Below, piece by piece: positions 8,909-18,325 of a DNA stretch of 54,485 bases. This DNA comes from Patescibacteria group bacterium. GTDB taxonomy: Bacteria; Patescibacteriota; Minisyncoccia; Phycocordibacterales; Phycocordibacteraceae. The stretch is from positions 1 through 54,485 of the forward strand of contig JAIELV010000001.1 of the NCBI GenBank assembly GCA_019752595.1, written 5' to 3'. The position numbers were made by a program, and so were the translations under genes. The notes beneath the pieces are model-generated. The model ran no database searches, was not told where the DNA came from, and worked only from the letters and a program-made list of their open reading frames with translations. Position 1 is the stretch's first letter. Each line of letters starts with the position of its first letter.

Positions 8909-9744
8909 GTCACATTACAGAAAAAGAAATTCAGGCACTTGAAGAAAAAGCGCGCGAGGCGCGCATTACTACTATCCGCTCCTTAGTTCAGGCAAAGTCT
9001 GGACACACAGGAGGTTCACTCGGCATGGCGGATATTTTTACTGCGCTCTATTTTCATATTGCAAAGCATGACCCTAAAAATCCTGATTGGGTTGAGCGAG
9101 ATTACATCGTTCTTTCAAACGGACACATCACTCCAATTCGCTATGCCGTCATGGCGCATGCGGGGTATTTTCCTGTTGAGGAGTGTTTGACGCTTCGAAA
9201 GCTTGGTAGTCGTTTGCAGGGGCACCCTGAACGCGACATGCTCCCAGGTGTTGAAACGACATCTGGCCCGTTAGGAAGTGGTACATCGCAAGCGGCGGGT
9301 ATGGCATATGCACTCAGAATGGATAAAAAACCAAACCGCGTGTATTGCTTGACCTCGGACGGTGAACAGCAAGAAGGAAACACGTGGGAGGGGGTGATGT
9401 TTGCAGGTAAACACAAACTTTCCAATCTCGTTGTATTTATGGATAGAAACTACATCCAGATTGAAGGTTCGACTGAGGATGTGATGCCATTGGAGCCATT
9501 GGCAGATAAATATCGAGCATTCAACTGGCACGTGATTGAAATAGACGGGCACAACATGGAGGCAATCGTCGACGCATGCGAACAAGCGAAAGCAATTAAA
9601 TCAAAACCGACTTTGATACTTGCCAATACGATTATGGGGAAGGGTGTGAAAGAAATAGAAGGAAACTACAAGTGGCACGGTACGGCACCAAAACCCGAAC
9701 AGGAAGAATCGTTTATAAAGCAAATCCGCGAAGCGGCAAAATAG
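8905..9744 (+). CDS. Transketolase, N-terminal (TPP pyrophosphate-binding) subunit
   Basis: SGHTGGSLGMADIFTALYF, GHP....GVETTSGPLGSG and DGEQQEGNTWE. The 279-aa size fits a split tkt. Confidence 0.92.
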   Translation: MSHITEKEIQALEEKAREARITTIRSLVQAKSGHTGGSLGMADIFTALYFHIAKHDPKNPDWVERDYIVLSNGHITPIRYAVMAHAGYFPVEECLTLRKLGSRLQGHPERDMLPGVETTSGPLGSGTSQAAGMAYALRMDKKPNRVYCLTSDGEQQEGNTWEGVMFAGKHKLSNLVVFMDRNYIQIEGSTEDVMPLEPLADKYRAFNWHVIEIDGHNMEAIVDACEQAKAIKSKPTLILANTIMGKGVKEIEGNYKWHGTAPKPEQEESFIKQIREAAK

Positions 9745-9745
9745 T

Positions 9746-10300
9746 ATGATTTTCGGAATTGCTCTTATCGCTTTTGCCGCCTTTCTTGCTTACAAAGAGA
9801 AATTCGAGATAATCCCCGGGACCGTTATTTCAGGTGCCTCACTTAAAGTGTTCGCCCTCGCTGAAGCTGTGGCGGGTTTTTATTTTATCTATCCGGGCTT
9901 TTTCCCTTTACCACAAACTGCAGAAGTTGGTTTGGCGGTACTCGTTTTTGTGAATCTTTGCGCCGCTGCCGCGATGTATTTTTCCAATACAGACGTACGA
10001 GAAAACCCACCACAGAATTACACCCCGTTTTTTTTAAGGAAATCTTTCCATATCAGTCTTCTTGAAAACGGAGCAATTACCGCAAGCGTAATGTGCGCAC
10101 TCGTAGGTTCGTTCTTTGTAATGGTAGTTCAAGGTCCGACAACTGAATGGAAGTATCTCATGCTCGGTCTTGCGGTTCTTTACGTTGTTGGAATTTTCGT
10201 AGTGGCGAAAAAAATAGCAAAAAGACAATCGTATATCCAATCTGCAGTCGTACTGGTTTTTGCTCTATTACCAGCCTGTCTATTTTTCGCTTTCACTTAA
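9746..10300 (+). CDS. Polytopic membrane protein, hypothetical
   Basis: About 5-6 hydrophobic helices and no recognised family. It lies between the two transketolase halves with 1-nt and 6-nt spacers. Confidence 0.6.
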   Translation: MIFGIALIAFAAFLAYKEKFEIIPGTVISGASLKVFALAEAVAGFYFIYPGFFPLPQTAEVGLAVLVFVNLCAAAAMYFSNTDVRENPPQNYTPFFLRKSFHISLLENGAITASVMCALVGSFFVMVVQGPTTEWKYLMLGLAVLYVVGIFVVAKKIAKRQSYIQSAVVLVFALLPACLFFAFT

Positions 10301-10306
10301 AAAACT

Positions 10307-11293
10307 ATGTTGAATCCTGACGCAAAATTGGTCCCTGGAATTTTAGAGGGGAAATTTGAAAAAAAGCCGACACGTGACGGGCTGGGTAACGGAACGGTGG
10401 AGGCAGGGAAGCTGGATCCGAACGTTGTCGTCCTTTCAGCGGACCTTGGTGACTCCACTCGTGCGGCGTGGTTTCAGAAAGCGTTCCCTGATCGGTTTAT
10501 TGAAGTTGGCGTTGCTGAGCAAAACCTTGCAACGGTAGCCTCTGGCATGGCGGCAGTCGGCAAAGTGCCATTTATTGCTTCATACGCTGCATTTTCTCCA
10601 GGGCGTAATTGGGAGCAGATTCGTACCACTATCGCCTTGAATGACCAGAAAGTAATCGTCTGCGGTATGCATGCAGGAATTCAGACAGGCCCTGACGGGG
10701 CAACGCACCAGATGCTTGAAGACATTGCGATGATGCGCGCGTTGCCGAACATGAACGTGATTGTGCCGATGGACTCTGAAGAAGGCCGCAAAGCAATTTT
10801 GGCCGCAGCGAAAGCAAAGGGTCCGTCGTATGTGCGTTTTGGCCGCGCAAATGAACCAGTACTCACGACGCCCGAAACGCCGTTTGAGATTGGGAAATCT
10901 TTGAAAATTTGGGAATCAAAAGAACCAAAAGTTACCATTCTTGTCACAGGATCTTTGCTGTATCAGGCAATTGTTGCGGCACAGTCACTTGAAGCAAAAG
11001 GAGTCGGTTCCATAATTCTCGATGTACACACGGTAAAGCCGTTAGATAAGGAGGGAATACTTGATGCAGTCAAAAAGACAAAGCGTGTGGTGACCGTTGA
11101 AGAGCACCAGATAAACGGAGGTTTCGGTGGCGCCATAGCCGAACTTTTGGGAGAAGAATTTCCTGTTCCCATGGTGAGAGTGGGGATGTTGGATATTTTC
11201 GGCCAGTCTGGCGAGCCTGATGAATTGGTAAAATTCTTCCATTTAGATGCACCGGGTATACAAGAAGCTGTAGAGAAAGTTTTGAAAAAATAA
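10307..11293 (+). CDS. Transketolase, C-terminal (pyrimidine-binding plus C-terminal domain) subunit
   Basis: FIEVGVAEQNLATVASGMA, GPDGATHQMLEDIAMMRALPNM and a PSYVRFGR-type segment. Confidence 0.92.
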   Translation: MLNPDAKLVPGILEGKFEKKPTRDGLGNGTVEAGKLDPNVVVLSADLGDSTRAAWFQKAFPDRFIEVGVAEQNLATVASGMAAVGKVPFIASYAAFSPGRNWEQIRTTIALNDQKVIVCGMHAGIQTGPDGATHQMLEDIAMMRALPNMNVIVPMDSEEGRKAILAAAKAKGPSYVRFGRANEPVLTTPETPFEIGKSLKIWESKEPKVTILVTGSLLYQAIVAAQSLEAKGVGSIILDVHTVKPLDKEGILDAVKKTKRVVTVEEHQINGGFGGAIAELLGEEFPVPMVRVGMLDIFGQSGEPDELVKFFHLDAPGIQEAVEKVLKK

Positions 11294-11298
11294 TCCCA

Positions 11299-11952
11299 AT
11301 GAGGATTTACATCATTCGTCACGGAGAGACCGAAAATAATGCAGGTGGTATTCGTCAGTCGCGTGAAGGATATTTGTCGGAGGAGGGAATTCAGCAAGCG
11401 CGCGCGTTAGGCGCAAACCTTTCAGATATTGTTATTGATTCTATTTTTACGTCCACCTATCCGCGCGCAAAACAAACAGCAGATATTATTTCTTCTCTTG
11501 GCAAAAAACTACTGGTGCAGGAATCGGAGTATCTAACCGAAATCAAACTCCCTTCGGAGATTGTAGGGAAGCCCACGAATGACAGGAAATCACTTCAGAT
11601 TTTGAAATGGATTCAAGGTCGTATGGGAGGGGGCGATCGCTATTCCGATGAAGAAACATATAACGAGTATGTATCACGGGCGTACAAGGTGCTCGACCAC
11701 ATTACAAAAACTGGATTCCAAAATGTTGTGTTGGTGACACACCATCGGTTCATTCATATTTTAGTCAGTGTTATTTTGTTGCGCGAGGAACTCACGCCGC
11801 GTCTGTTCGCCTCGCTTCGAGATAAAATGTACATAAGTAATACAGGAATCACAGTACTCGAGAGTACTACTGATCACCCCGAATGGCGTCTGTTGACCTT
11901 AAACGAACACTCACATTTGAAAGCGCTATCCGCAGCTTCACCCGCGAAGTAA
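11299..11952 (+). CDS. Histidine phosphatase (phosphoglycerate-mutase family) protein
   Basis: MRIYIIRHGETENN (RHG catalytic motif) and a later VTHH histidine. Confidence 0.8.
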   Translation: MRIYIIRHGETENNAGGIRQSREGYLSEEGIQQARALGANLSDIVIDSIFTSTYPRAKQTADIISSLGKKLLVQESEYLTEIKLPSEIVGKPTNDRKSLQILKWIQGRMGGGDRYSDEETYNEYVSRAYKVLDHITKTGFQNVVLVTHHRFIHILVSVILLREELTPRLFASLRDKMYISNTGITVLESTTDHPEWRLLTLNEHSHLKALSAASPAK

Positions 11953-11977
11953 TGTGGAGGCTATATACTGAAGGTAT

Positions 11978-12214
11978 ATGGGAGATGTGAAGTTTGAGGA
12001 GCAGGTGTCGTACAAACCGAAAGTGCAGGCGGGGGAGACGGGGCTCGTAGGGCTTTTGATTAAAGTAGGTATTGTAAAAGACGGCACGTCTGCGCGCGCC
12101 ATACTCTTGGTAGTTACTGTTATTTGTATTGGAGCCGCGCTGTTTCTTTTTAAATCTTTTCGTGAAGCGAATACATTTCAGCCTGCTCCACCGCCTGCGG
12201 GCTTCACCGAATAA
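11978..12214 (+). CDS. Small membrane protein (78 aa), hypothetical
   Basis: One TM helix (ILLVVTVICIGAALFLF). TATACT lies 8 nt upstream of the ATG, and the gene sits immediately upstream of the pilin gene. Confidence 0.5.
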   Translation: MGDVKFEEQVSYKPKVQAGETGLVGLLIKVGIVKDGTSARAILLVVTVICIGAALFLFKSFREANTFQPAPPPAGFTE

Positions 12215-12216
12215 TC

Positions 12217-12657
12217 ATGCATACAAGAATTGAGAGAGGTTTCACTTTAATTGAACTGATGGTCGTGATTTCTATCATTGGCCTTTTATCCGCAGGCATA
12301 CTCTCCAGCCTTTCGACGGCAAGCCAGCGGAGCAGGGACGCAAACAGAATTGCAGACATAAAACAAATTCAGAATGCACTTGAGCTCTACGCGGCAGACA
12401 ATGGTGGGCGGTACCCCGTTGTTGCTAGTAGTTTTGTATCCCAACTCAACTCCGCTCTGGTACCAAAATACATACCCACCTTGTCTGAAGACCCAATACC
12501 TGCACGAGCTCGCTATCGATACTGGACGACAACCGCAACGTCGTACTCAATACTCATAGACCTCGAATCAGACAACGCATCGGGAGTTGCGTGGTGCCTG
12601 ATAAAACTCGGAACAGGATACACAGCTTGGGATCAGTATCCTGCGTGCGATCTTTAG
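12217..12657 (+). CDS. Type IV pilin / pseudopilin with a prepilin N-terminal cleavage-methylation motif
   Basis: RG|FTLIELMVVISIIGLLS is the class III signal peptide. Confidence 0.85.
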   Translation: MHTRIERGFTLIELMVVISIIGLLSAGILSSLSTASQRSRDANRIADIKQIQNALELYAADNGGRYPVVASSFVSQLNSALVPKYIPTLSEDPIPARARYRYWTTTATSYSILIDLESDNASGVAWCLIKLGTGYTAWDQYPACDL

Positions 12658-13619
12658 GCTTTCGCCAGCTTTTCTATCTTCTCTTTTGTAAGCAATCCCG
12701 CCTGCGCGCCGATGCCCTGCACTACGTAGGCTGAATTTATTGTTCCTCGTTTCATCGCGTCCTGTAGCGAATATCCCATTGTCAAAAATGCGCTTGTCGT
12801 TGAAGCAAATGCATCGCCCGCGCCCGTTCTTTGAAGCGGGGGTTTCGGATCGGGATACATAGGGATGTGTGTCATCACTCCATTTTCAAATGCATGAGCG
12901 CCATGCACGTCTTCGGTAATCACCACGATTTTTGGTCCAAGTTCGCGAATGGAGCGTGCCATCATTTCTACATTTGCGGTTGCGTCTTTCAATCCTAAAA
13001 TGCGCGCCGCTTCGTCGCGGTTCACGACAAAGAGGTTGGTACGCGCGTAAATTCTCTTCAGGCGATCGGTGCCCATTTTCATCTGGAATGTGCCTGGCTG
13101 AAAAGTGAGGAAGATATTTGGATGTGCTTCAAGATAATCCGCGAGGTCGTCGTGGTATTTCTCCGTTCCTTCGCCGATTGAAGAGAGATACATGGTTTTC
13201 GGCTCGGGCAGATCTTTCGGGAATACGTACTGGTAAGGGTGGTGTTTGACCAAAATTGTACGATCAACACCGAACCACAGTACATAGTGGTAGTTTGTTG
13301 GTATGCCTTGGTGCTTGGTGATAAATGAGGTATCAACATTCTCTTCTTGTAGATGTGCAAGGATTTTGTCGCCGTTTTGGTCTGCACCAACGTTTGAGAT
13401 GAAGGCGGTTTTGAGGCCAAGGCGAGCCGCGGCGACCGCTGCATTTGCCGAATTGCCGACGCCGTAGACCACGGTGCTTGATTCGAAGGGGATTTTATCT
13501 CCAAAACGCATGGAAATAGTGCATGCAGTGTTATCAATGTTGCAGTTTACGGTTGCGTCTTTCAGTCGAATAAAATCGTCAACAACGGTGTCGCCAATAG
13601 CTATAAAATCGTAGTTCAT
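12654..13619 (-). CDS. PfkB-family carbohydrate/nucleoside kinase
   Basis: N-terminal IAIGDTVVD, a GVGNSANAAVAAARLG-type GG region and C-terminal TGAGDAFAS. Confidence 0.85.
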   Translation of the reverse strand: MNYDFIAIGDTVVDDFIRLKDATVNCNIDNTACTISMRFGDKIPFESSTVVYGVGNSANAAVAAARLGLKTAFISNVGADQNGDKILAHLQEENVDTSFITKHQGIPTNYHYVLWFGVDRTILVKHHPYQYVFPKDLPEPKTMYLSSIGEGTEKYHDDLADYLEAHPNIFLTFQPGTFQMKMGTDRLKRIYARTNLFVVNRDEAARILGLKDATANVEMMARSIRELGPKIVVITEDVHGAHAFENGVMTHIPMYPDPKPPLQRTGAGDAFASTTSAFLTMGYSLQDAMKRGTINSAYVVQGIGAQAGLLTKEKIEKLAKA

Positions 13620-13633
13620 CTATCCATTATATA

Positions 13634-15286
13634 ATGGAACAAATGTCTGTTGCTGATGATTTAAAAAATATTGTACAGGGGAGCGTCGACACCTCTGAAA
13701 TCGCACTTGAGAAAGCAAGTCATGACGCTAGCTTGTTTGCAGTTCGACCACAAGCAGTCGTGAAAGTCGTAGATGAGAAAGATGTTTCCGCGTTAGTGAC
13801 GTATGTGTCAGAGCAAAAAAAAGCAGGCGTCGATATATCAGTCACTGCGCGCGCAGCAGGGACGGACATGTCGGGTGGGCCTTTGAATTCAGGCATTATC
13901 GCAGACATGGGTCTGCTGGACCGCGTGATTGAGGTAGGAGATTCTTACGCTGTGGTGGAGCCAGGGGCGTATTTTCGTGATTTTGATAAAAAAACAAAAG
14001 AAAAAAATCTGGAATTGCCGAGTTACACCGCCAGCCGTGAGTGGTGCACGGTTGGTGGGATGGTCGCAAATGACTCGGGAGGGGAGAAAAATCTAAAATA
14101 TGGAAAAACGTCTCGGTACGTAGAAGAGTTGGATGTCGTTCTCGCTGACGGTATGGTGCATACCTTGAAAAAACTTGAAGGGGAAGCGCTCACGCAAAAA
14201 CTGGCAGAAAAAAACTTTGAAGGCGGCATGTATCGAGAAGTTTCCGCGTTACTTAAAAAAAATTCTGATGTCATTGCACACGCGAAGCCAATAGTTAGCA
14301 AAAATTCAGCAGGGTATGCCTTGTGGGATATCGGTGACGGAGTAACCTCACTTGATATGCCTCGACTTTTTTCAGGCTCACAAGGAACATTAGGCATTAT
14401 CACCAAAATAAAATTTTCTTTGGTACGACCCAAACCGTTCTCATCAATGGTGGTGATGTTTCTTTCCAATATTAATGAACTTTCAACTATCGTTCCTGAT
14501 GTGTTGGCTGATAAGCCAGACAGTTTTGAATCCTACGACGACAACACATTCAAACTTGCAGTGAAATATTTCCCCGAGTTTGCGTTGCAGATGAAAGGAA
14601 ACTTGTTCACGCTCGGCTGGTCGTTTTTACCAGAAGTATTTATGGCGGCAACGGGCGGCGTGCCGAAACTTATTTTGCTTGCGGAATTTCGAGGTGAGAC
14701 ACAAGAGGAGGCTCTCCAGAAGACAGAAGCCCTGTACACACGACTGAAGAAAGACAATCCGCACCTGAATGCCCGTATCGCAAAGAATGAACAGGAGTCA
14801 CGAAAGTACTGGGTCGTGCGACGCGAAAGCTTTAACCTACTCAGAAAAAAAGTACGCGGCATGAGAACTGCACCGTTCATAGACGATTTTGTTGTGCCTC
14901 CTCTTACCCTGCCTGAATTCTTCCCGAAATTAACCGAAATTCTTTCTCACTACGATTTGCTGTACACAGTTACTGGCCACGTGGGCGACGGCAATTTCCA
15001 TATCATTCCTCTTATAGACCCCAAGCGGAAAGATATGCCAAGAATAATTGATGAGCTTTCACATAAGGTGTACGACCTTGTGCTCTCTTATAATGGTTCA
15101 ATCAGCGGGGAACATAATGACGGTCTGGTGCGCACGCCCTATGTAGAGAAGATGTTCGGAGGCGAGATGTATGCTCTTTTTGGTGAGATAAAACGCATAT
15201 TTGACCCCTTGAATATCTTCAATCCAGGCAAAAAGACGGGAACCGATTTCGCGCAATCTGCAAGCCATTTAGATATAGGCACATGA
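13634..15286 (+). CDS. FAD-linked oxidase (GlcD / D-lactate dehydrogenase-like)
   Basis: FAD_binding_4-type ARAAGTDMSGGPL, and C-terminal GHVGDGNFH plus SGEHNDG motifs. Confidence 0.8.
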   Translation: MEQMSVADDLKNIVQGSVDTSEIALEKASHDASLFAVRPQAVVKVVDEKDVSALVTYVSEQKKAGVDISVTARAAGTDMSGGPLNSGIIADMGLLDRVIEVGDSYAVVEPGAYFRDFDKKTKEKNLELPSYTASREWCTVGGMVANDSGGEKNLKYGKTSRYVEELDVVLADGMVHTLKKLEGEALTQKLAEKNFEGGMYREVSALLKKNSDVIAHAKPIVSKNSAGYALWDIGDGVTSLDMPRLFSGSQGTLGIITKIKFSLVRPKPFSSMVVMFLSNINELSTIVPDVLADKPDSFESYDDNTFKLAVKYFPEFALQMKGNLFTLGWSFLPEVFMAATGGVPKLILLAEFRGETQEEALQKTEALYTRLKKDNPHLNARIAKNEQESRKYWVVRRESFNLLRKKVRGMRTAPFIDDFVVPPLTLPEFFPKLTEILSHYDLLYTVTGHVGDGNFHIIPLIDPKRKDMPRIIDELSHKVYDLVLSYNGSISGEHNDGLVRTPYVEKMFGGEMYALFGEIKRIFDPLNIFNPGKKTGTDFAQSASHLDIGT

Positions 15287-16236
15287 ATTGGGTTCGTTTT
15301 TTTTCGGATATTACAAAGAGTGACACTGGAAGTGCAGGCGGAAAGGGTGCGTCTTTGGGTGAAATGACTCGGGTTGGAATTTCCGTTCCTCCTGGCTTCG
15401 TCGTACTCTCGGCTGCTTTTGAAAATTTTCTTGAGATGACCGATCTCAATGTTGAGATTGATGCAATTTTGAAAACAGTCAACACAAAAACGATGCATAC
15501 GGTAGAGGATGCTTCAGGAAAAATTCAGAGTCTGATTCTTTCAAAAGAAGTTCCAGAAGACACCAAAAGCGAGATTCTCTCGGCCTTTAAAGAGTTGGGA
15601 GCCGATTTTGTCGCCGTGCGCTCAAGCGCGACTGCGGAGGACAGCGCAAGTGCTGCATGGGCAGGGCAGTTGGATACCTTTTTGAATACAACTGAAAGCA
15701 CGCTTCTGGCAAACCTGCGCAAATGCTGGGCGTCATTGTTTACACCGCGAGCTATTTTCTATCGTTTTGAGAAAGGATTGCATTTGGAAAAAGTTTCCGT
15801 TGCTGTAGTCGTCCAGAAAATGATCCAAAGCGAAGTCGCAGGCATAGCGTTTTCGGTGCATCCTGTAACTGAGGATAGAGACCAGATAATTATTGAGGCG
15901 GGTTGGGGCTTAGGGGAAGCTGTTGTGTCGGGCGAAATTACGCCAGACTCGTATGTGGTTACAAAAAAAGCGCGGAAAATTATAGACGTGAATATTTCGG
16001 AACAGGAGCGGGGGATTTTTAAAAAGTCGGATGGCGGGAGTGGATGGATGGATATTTCGTCTGAGAAAATAAAAAAACAAAAGTTATCTGAAGAACAAAT
16101 CCTTGCGCTTACGGAAGAGGTGGTGCGTATTGAAAAGCATTATGACTTTCCAGTCGATGTTGAGTGGGCGCTTGAGGGTGGAAAGTTCTACATAACTCAA
16201 AGCCGCCCCATAACGACCCTTTCTTCACTCGGTTAA
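15283..16236 (+). CDS. PPDK_N-type ATP-grasp (nucleotide-binding) domain protein, stand-alone
   Basis: GGKGASLGEM, VAVRSSATAEDS and EWALEGGKFYITQSRPIT match the N-terminal domain of PEP synthase / rifampicin phosphotransferase. ATGA overlap with the upstream gene. Confidence 0.85.
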   Translation: MNWVRFFSDITKSDTGSAGGKGASLGEMTRVGISVPPGFVVLSAAFENFLEMTDLNVEIDAILKTVNTKTMHTVEDASGKIQSLILSKEVPEDTKSEILSAFKELGADFVAVRSSATAEDSASAAWAGQLDTFLNTTESTLLANLRKCWASLFTPRAIFYRFEKGLHLEKVSVAVVVQKMIQSEVAGIAFSVHPVTEDRDQIIIEAGWGLGEAVVSGEITPDSYVVTKKARKIIDVNISEQERGIFKKSDGGSGWMDISSEKIKKQKLSEEQILALTEEVVRIEKHYDFPVDVEWALEGGKFYITQSRPITTLSSLG

Positions 16237-16262
16237 GAGTAAGGTTACTTTTTAGGGGAAAT

Positions 16263-17729
16263 ATGACGAGTCGTCTGAAACATATTAAAGAGAAAATGAA
16301 GAATAAGAAGTGGCAATTTACATACGACCGGCAAATGTCATACCAGCGTATTCGTCTTTTTTCTTACGGTTATCGAAGTCAAATATCCAAATTTTTTGAT
16401 GTGCGTATTGATTCCGAAATATATAGAATTAACCGAGGTGTTGTTGGGGTATATTACGAGGAGAACGATCACAAAGCAGCTTTCACAAAAGTCAGGGCGC
16501 TTTTTTCTGGAACGGAAAGCGAGCACTGGTTTGAAAAACTAAAAAAAGTAATTGAAGAAGGGTATGTGGCGTTTATTTCTTTCACAAATACTTTGCCGAG
16601 TTCGTATGAAGATTTTGATGACTCACAGTTAGGAAACATAGTATCTGCTTGTTTCCGCGCTAACGAATCGGTCTCGCTTCCTACGTGGCTTTTGTATTTA
16701 TACGTTGAAGAGATAATCGCCGACGAGTTACGCGCAAGAATTTATTCGGAGATTTCTCAAAAAACCACGCCTGAAGAGCTTTTTAAATTGTTGTCGCATT
16801 CGACAAAGGCACTCCCCCTTGATGTGTATAATCGGGAGCTGTATTCAATCGCGCTTCTGCCCGAATCGGAAAAGGAAGTGGCACTTGCGGCTTTTGCGGA
16901 TAGATATAAGAGCTGGGGAGTGTACGATATTCTCTATCTGCCCCCCGACGTCGCATTTCACGCAAAAAAAATAAAAGATGTCGGCGCCGATTCCGCACGT
17001 GAAGAGATAAGAAAAATTGATGAGAAATACGAGCTCCAGAGGAGTGCAATTGAGAAATATGCCCATCATTGGGAACGCAATGAACGACTTAATAAACTTG
17101 TGTCGCTGTATCGGCTCTATGCTGATTTTAAAGATTGGAAAAATTATTATCGTGAATCCCATTCACTCAAAATGCGCTTTCTCTACGAAGATGTAGCAAA
17201 ACGCCTTAGTCTTTCTTTAGAAGATTCCGCGTTCTTGACCGAGGCGGAAATCATTGATGCCCTTGCTGGTGGCAAGATTCCTGAGGTGTTTGTAATTGAG
17301 AAAAGGCGAGAAAACAGTGTAGTTCTGGTTTTAGACGACCAAGAATACATTATTACGGACCTTGAAGAGTTAGCTGTTGTAGATAATGTAGTTGATATAA
17401 AAACCTCTCTGGGCGAAGTGTATGGAACTTCTGCATTTCGCGGTGTAGTGACTGGGAGGGTGGTTATTGTTGCGAGCGCAGCGGACGCACACAAGCTGAA
17501 GGAGGGGGATATACTTATTGCAAGCACGACTCGACCCGACTATGCTCCGTTTATGCGCGCATGCGCAGGATTTGTCACAAATGAGGGCGGATCTCTTTCT
17601 CATGCGGCTATTATGGCTCGGGAACTAAAGAAGCCTTGTGTTATTGGTACGAAAAACGCTACCAAAGTATTTGCGAATGGTGACATGGTGGAGGTTGATG
17701 CAGAGAGGGGTATAGTAAGGAAAATATGA
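16263..17729 (+). CDS. Unknown helical domain fused to a C-terminal PEP-utiliser phosphohistidine swivel domain (paralog 1)
   Basis: C-terminus GVVTGRVVIV...GDILIASTTRPDYAPFMRACAGFVTNEGGSLSHAAIMARELKKPCVIGT carries the catalytic His. AGGGGA lies 4 nt before the ATG. Confidence 0.8.
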   Translation: MTSRLKHIKEKMKNKKWQFTYDRQMSYQRIRLFSYGYRSQISKFFDVRIDSEIYRINRGVVGVYYEENDHKAAFTKVRALFSGTESEHWFEKLKKVIEEGYVAFISFTNTLPSSYEDFDDSQLGNIVSACFRANESVSLPTWLLYLYVEEIIADELRARIYSEISQKTTPEELFKLLSHSTKALPLDVYNRELYSIALLPESEKEVALAAFADRYKSWGVYDILYLPPDVAFHAKKIKDVGADSAREEIRKIDEKYELQRSAIEKYAHHWERNERLNKLVSLYRLYADFKDWKNYYRESHSLKMRFLYEDVAKRLSLSLEDSAFLTEAEIIDALAGGKIPEVFVIEKRRENSVVLVLDDQEYIITDLEELAVVDNVVDIKTSLGEVYGTSAFRGVVTGRVVIVASAADAHKLKEGDILIASTTRPDYAPFMRACAGFVTNEGGSLSHAAIMARELKKPCVIGTKNATKVFANGDMVEVDAERGIVRKI

Positions 17730-18325
17730 GCCATAACCCAGTCTATTCGCACTTCAAGGGGAAAATAAGCAGGGCAGAAGAAGTTGAGCGGAAGGTGGTT
17801 TCTATAATCCTTAAGAGTCAGATTCCTGATCACAAACGCGCGTGGAGTAAAACGTTTGAATTGAAGCACAGCTCCTCAGTCGCTCAAATAGGAAGAATAC
17901 TCGCCCAAAAGCGAGGTCTTGATTCAGACCTCGCCGCAATTATTTGCGTACTCCACGACATCGAAGTAAATGCCACTGGCGACGCAAAGCAGCACGCACA
18001 TAAAGGCGCGCTTCGGGCCCGAAAGATGCTCGAAGCTATGCGCGCCTTTTCAGCAAAAGAGATAGAGCTCATCGTTGGTGCTATTAAACATCACAGCGAT
18101 AAACACATAGTGAGTAGGAATCCGTATGTGGAGCTGGTAAAAGATGCAGACGTTTTTGACTGTGGTCTCTATGCAGGGGTGCACGATGCGTACGTGTTTG
18201 AAAAACCATTGGTGCAGCTTAAAGAATACTTTGCGCGTGTGAAGCGGGTGCGTAAAGAGCTCGGCCTTCCCAAAGATCCTCAGTGGGATGTGTTTGGGTA
18301 TTTGAAGAAACATGGGAAACGATAA
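17726..18325 (+). CDS. HD-domain metal-dependent phosphohydrolase
   Basis: LKHSSSVA...VLHDIE (H...HD) and a later KHHSD. ATGA overlap with the upstream gene. Confidence 0.7.
   Translation: MSHNPVYSHFKGKISRAEEVERKVVSIILKSQIPDHKRAWSKTFELKHSSSVAQIGRILAQKRGLDSDLAAIICVLHDIEVNATGDAKQHAHKGALRARKMLEAMRAFSAKEIELIVGAIKHHSDKHIVSRNPYVELVKDADVFDCGLYAGVHDAYVFEKPLVQLKEYFARVKRVRKELGLPKDPQWDVFGYLKKHGKR

Noticed and set aside
8238-17729. UGA recoding (alternative genetic code 25/4), as in some CPR lineages
   Set aside because: TGA ends rpiB (8240), rpe (8908), the FAD oxidase (15286) and the 488-aa protein (17729) at the expected protein lengths, often as ATGA overlaps with the next start. The standard code fits.
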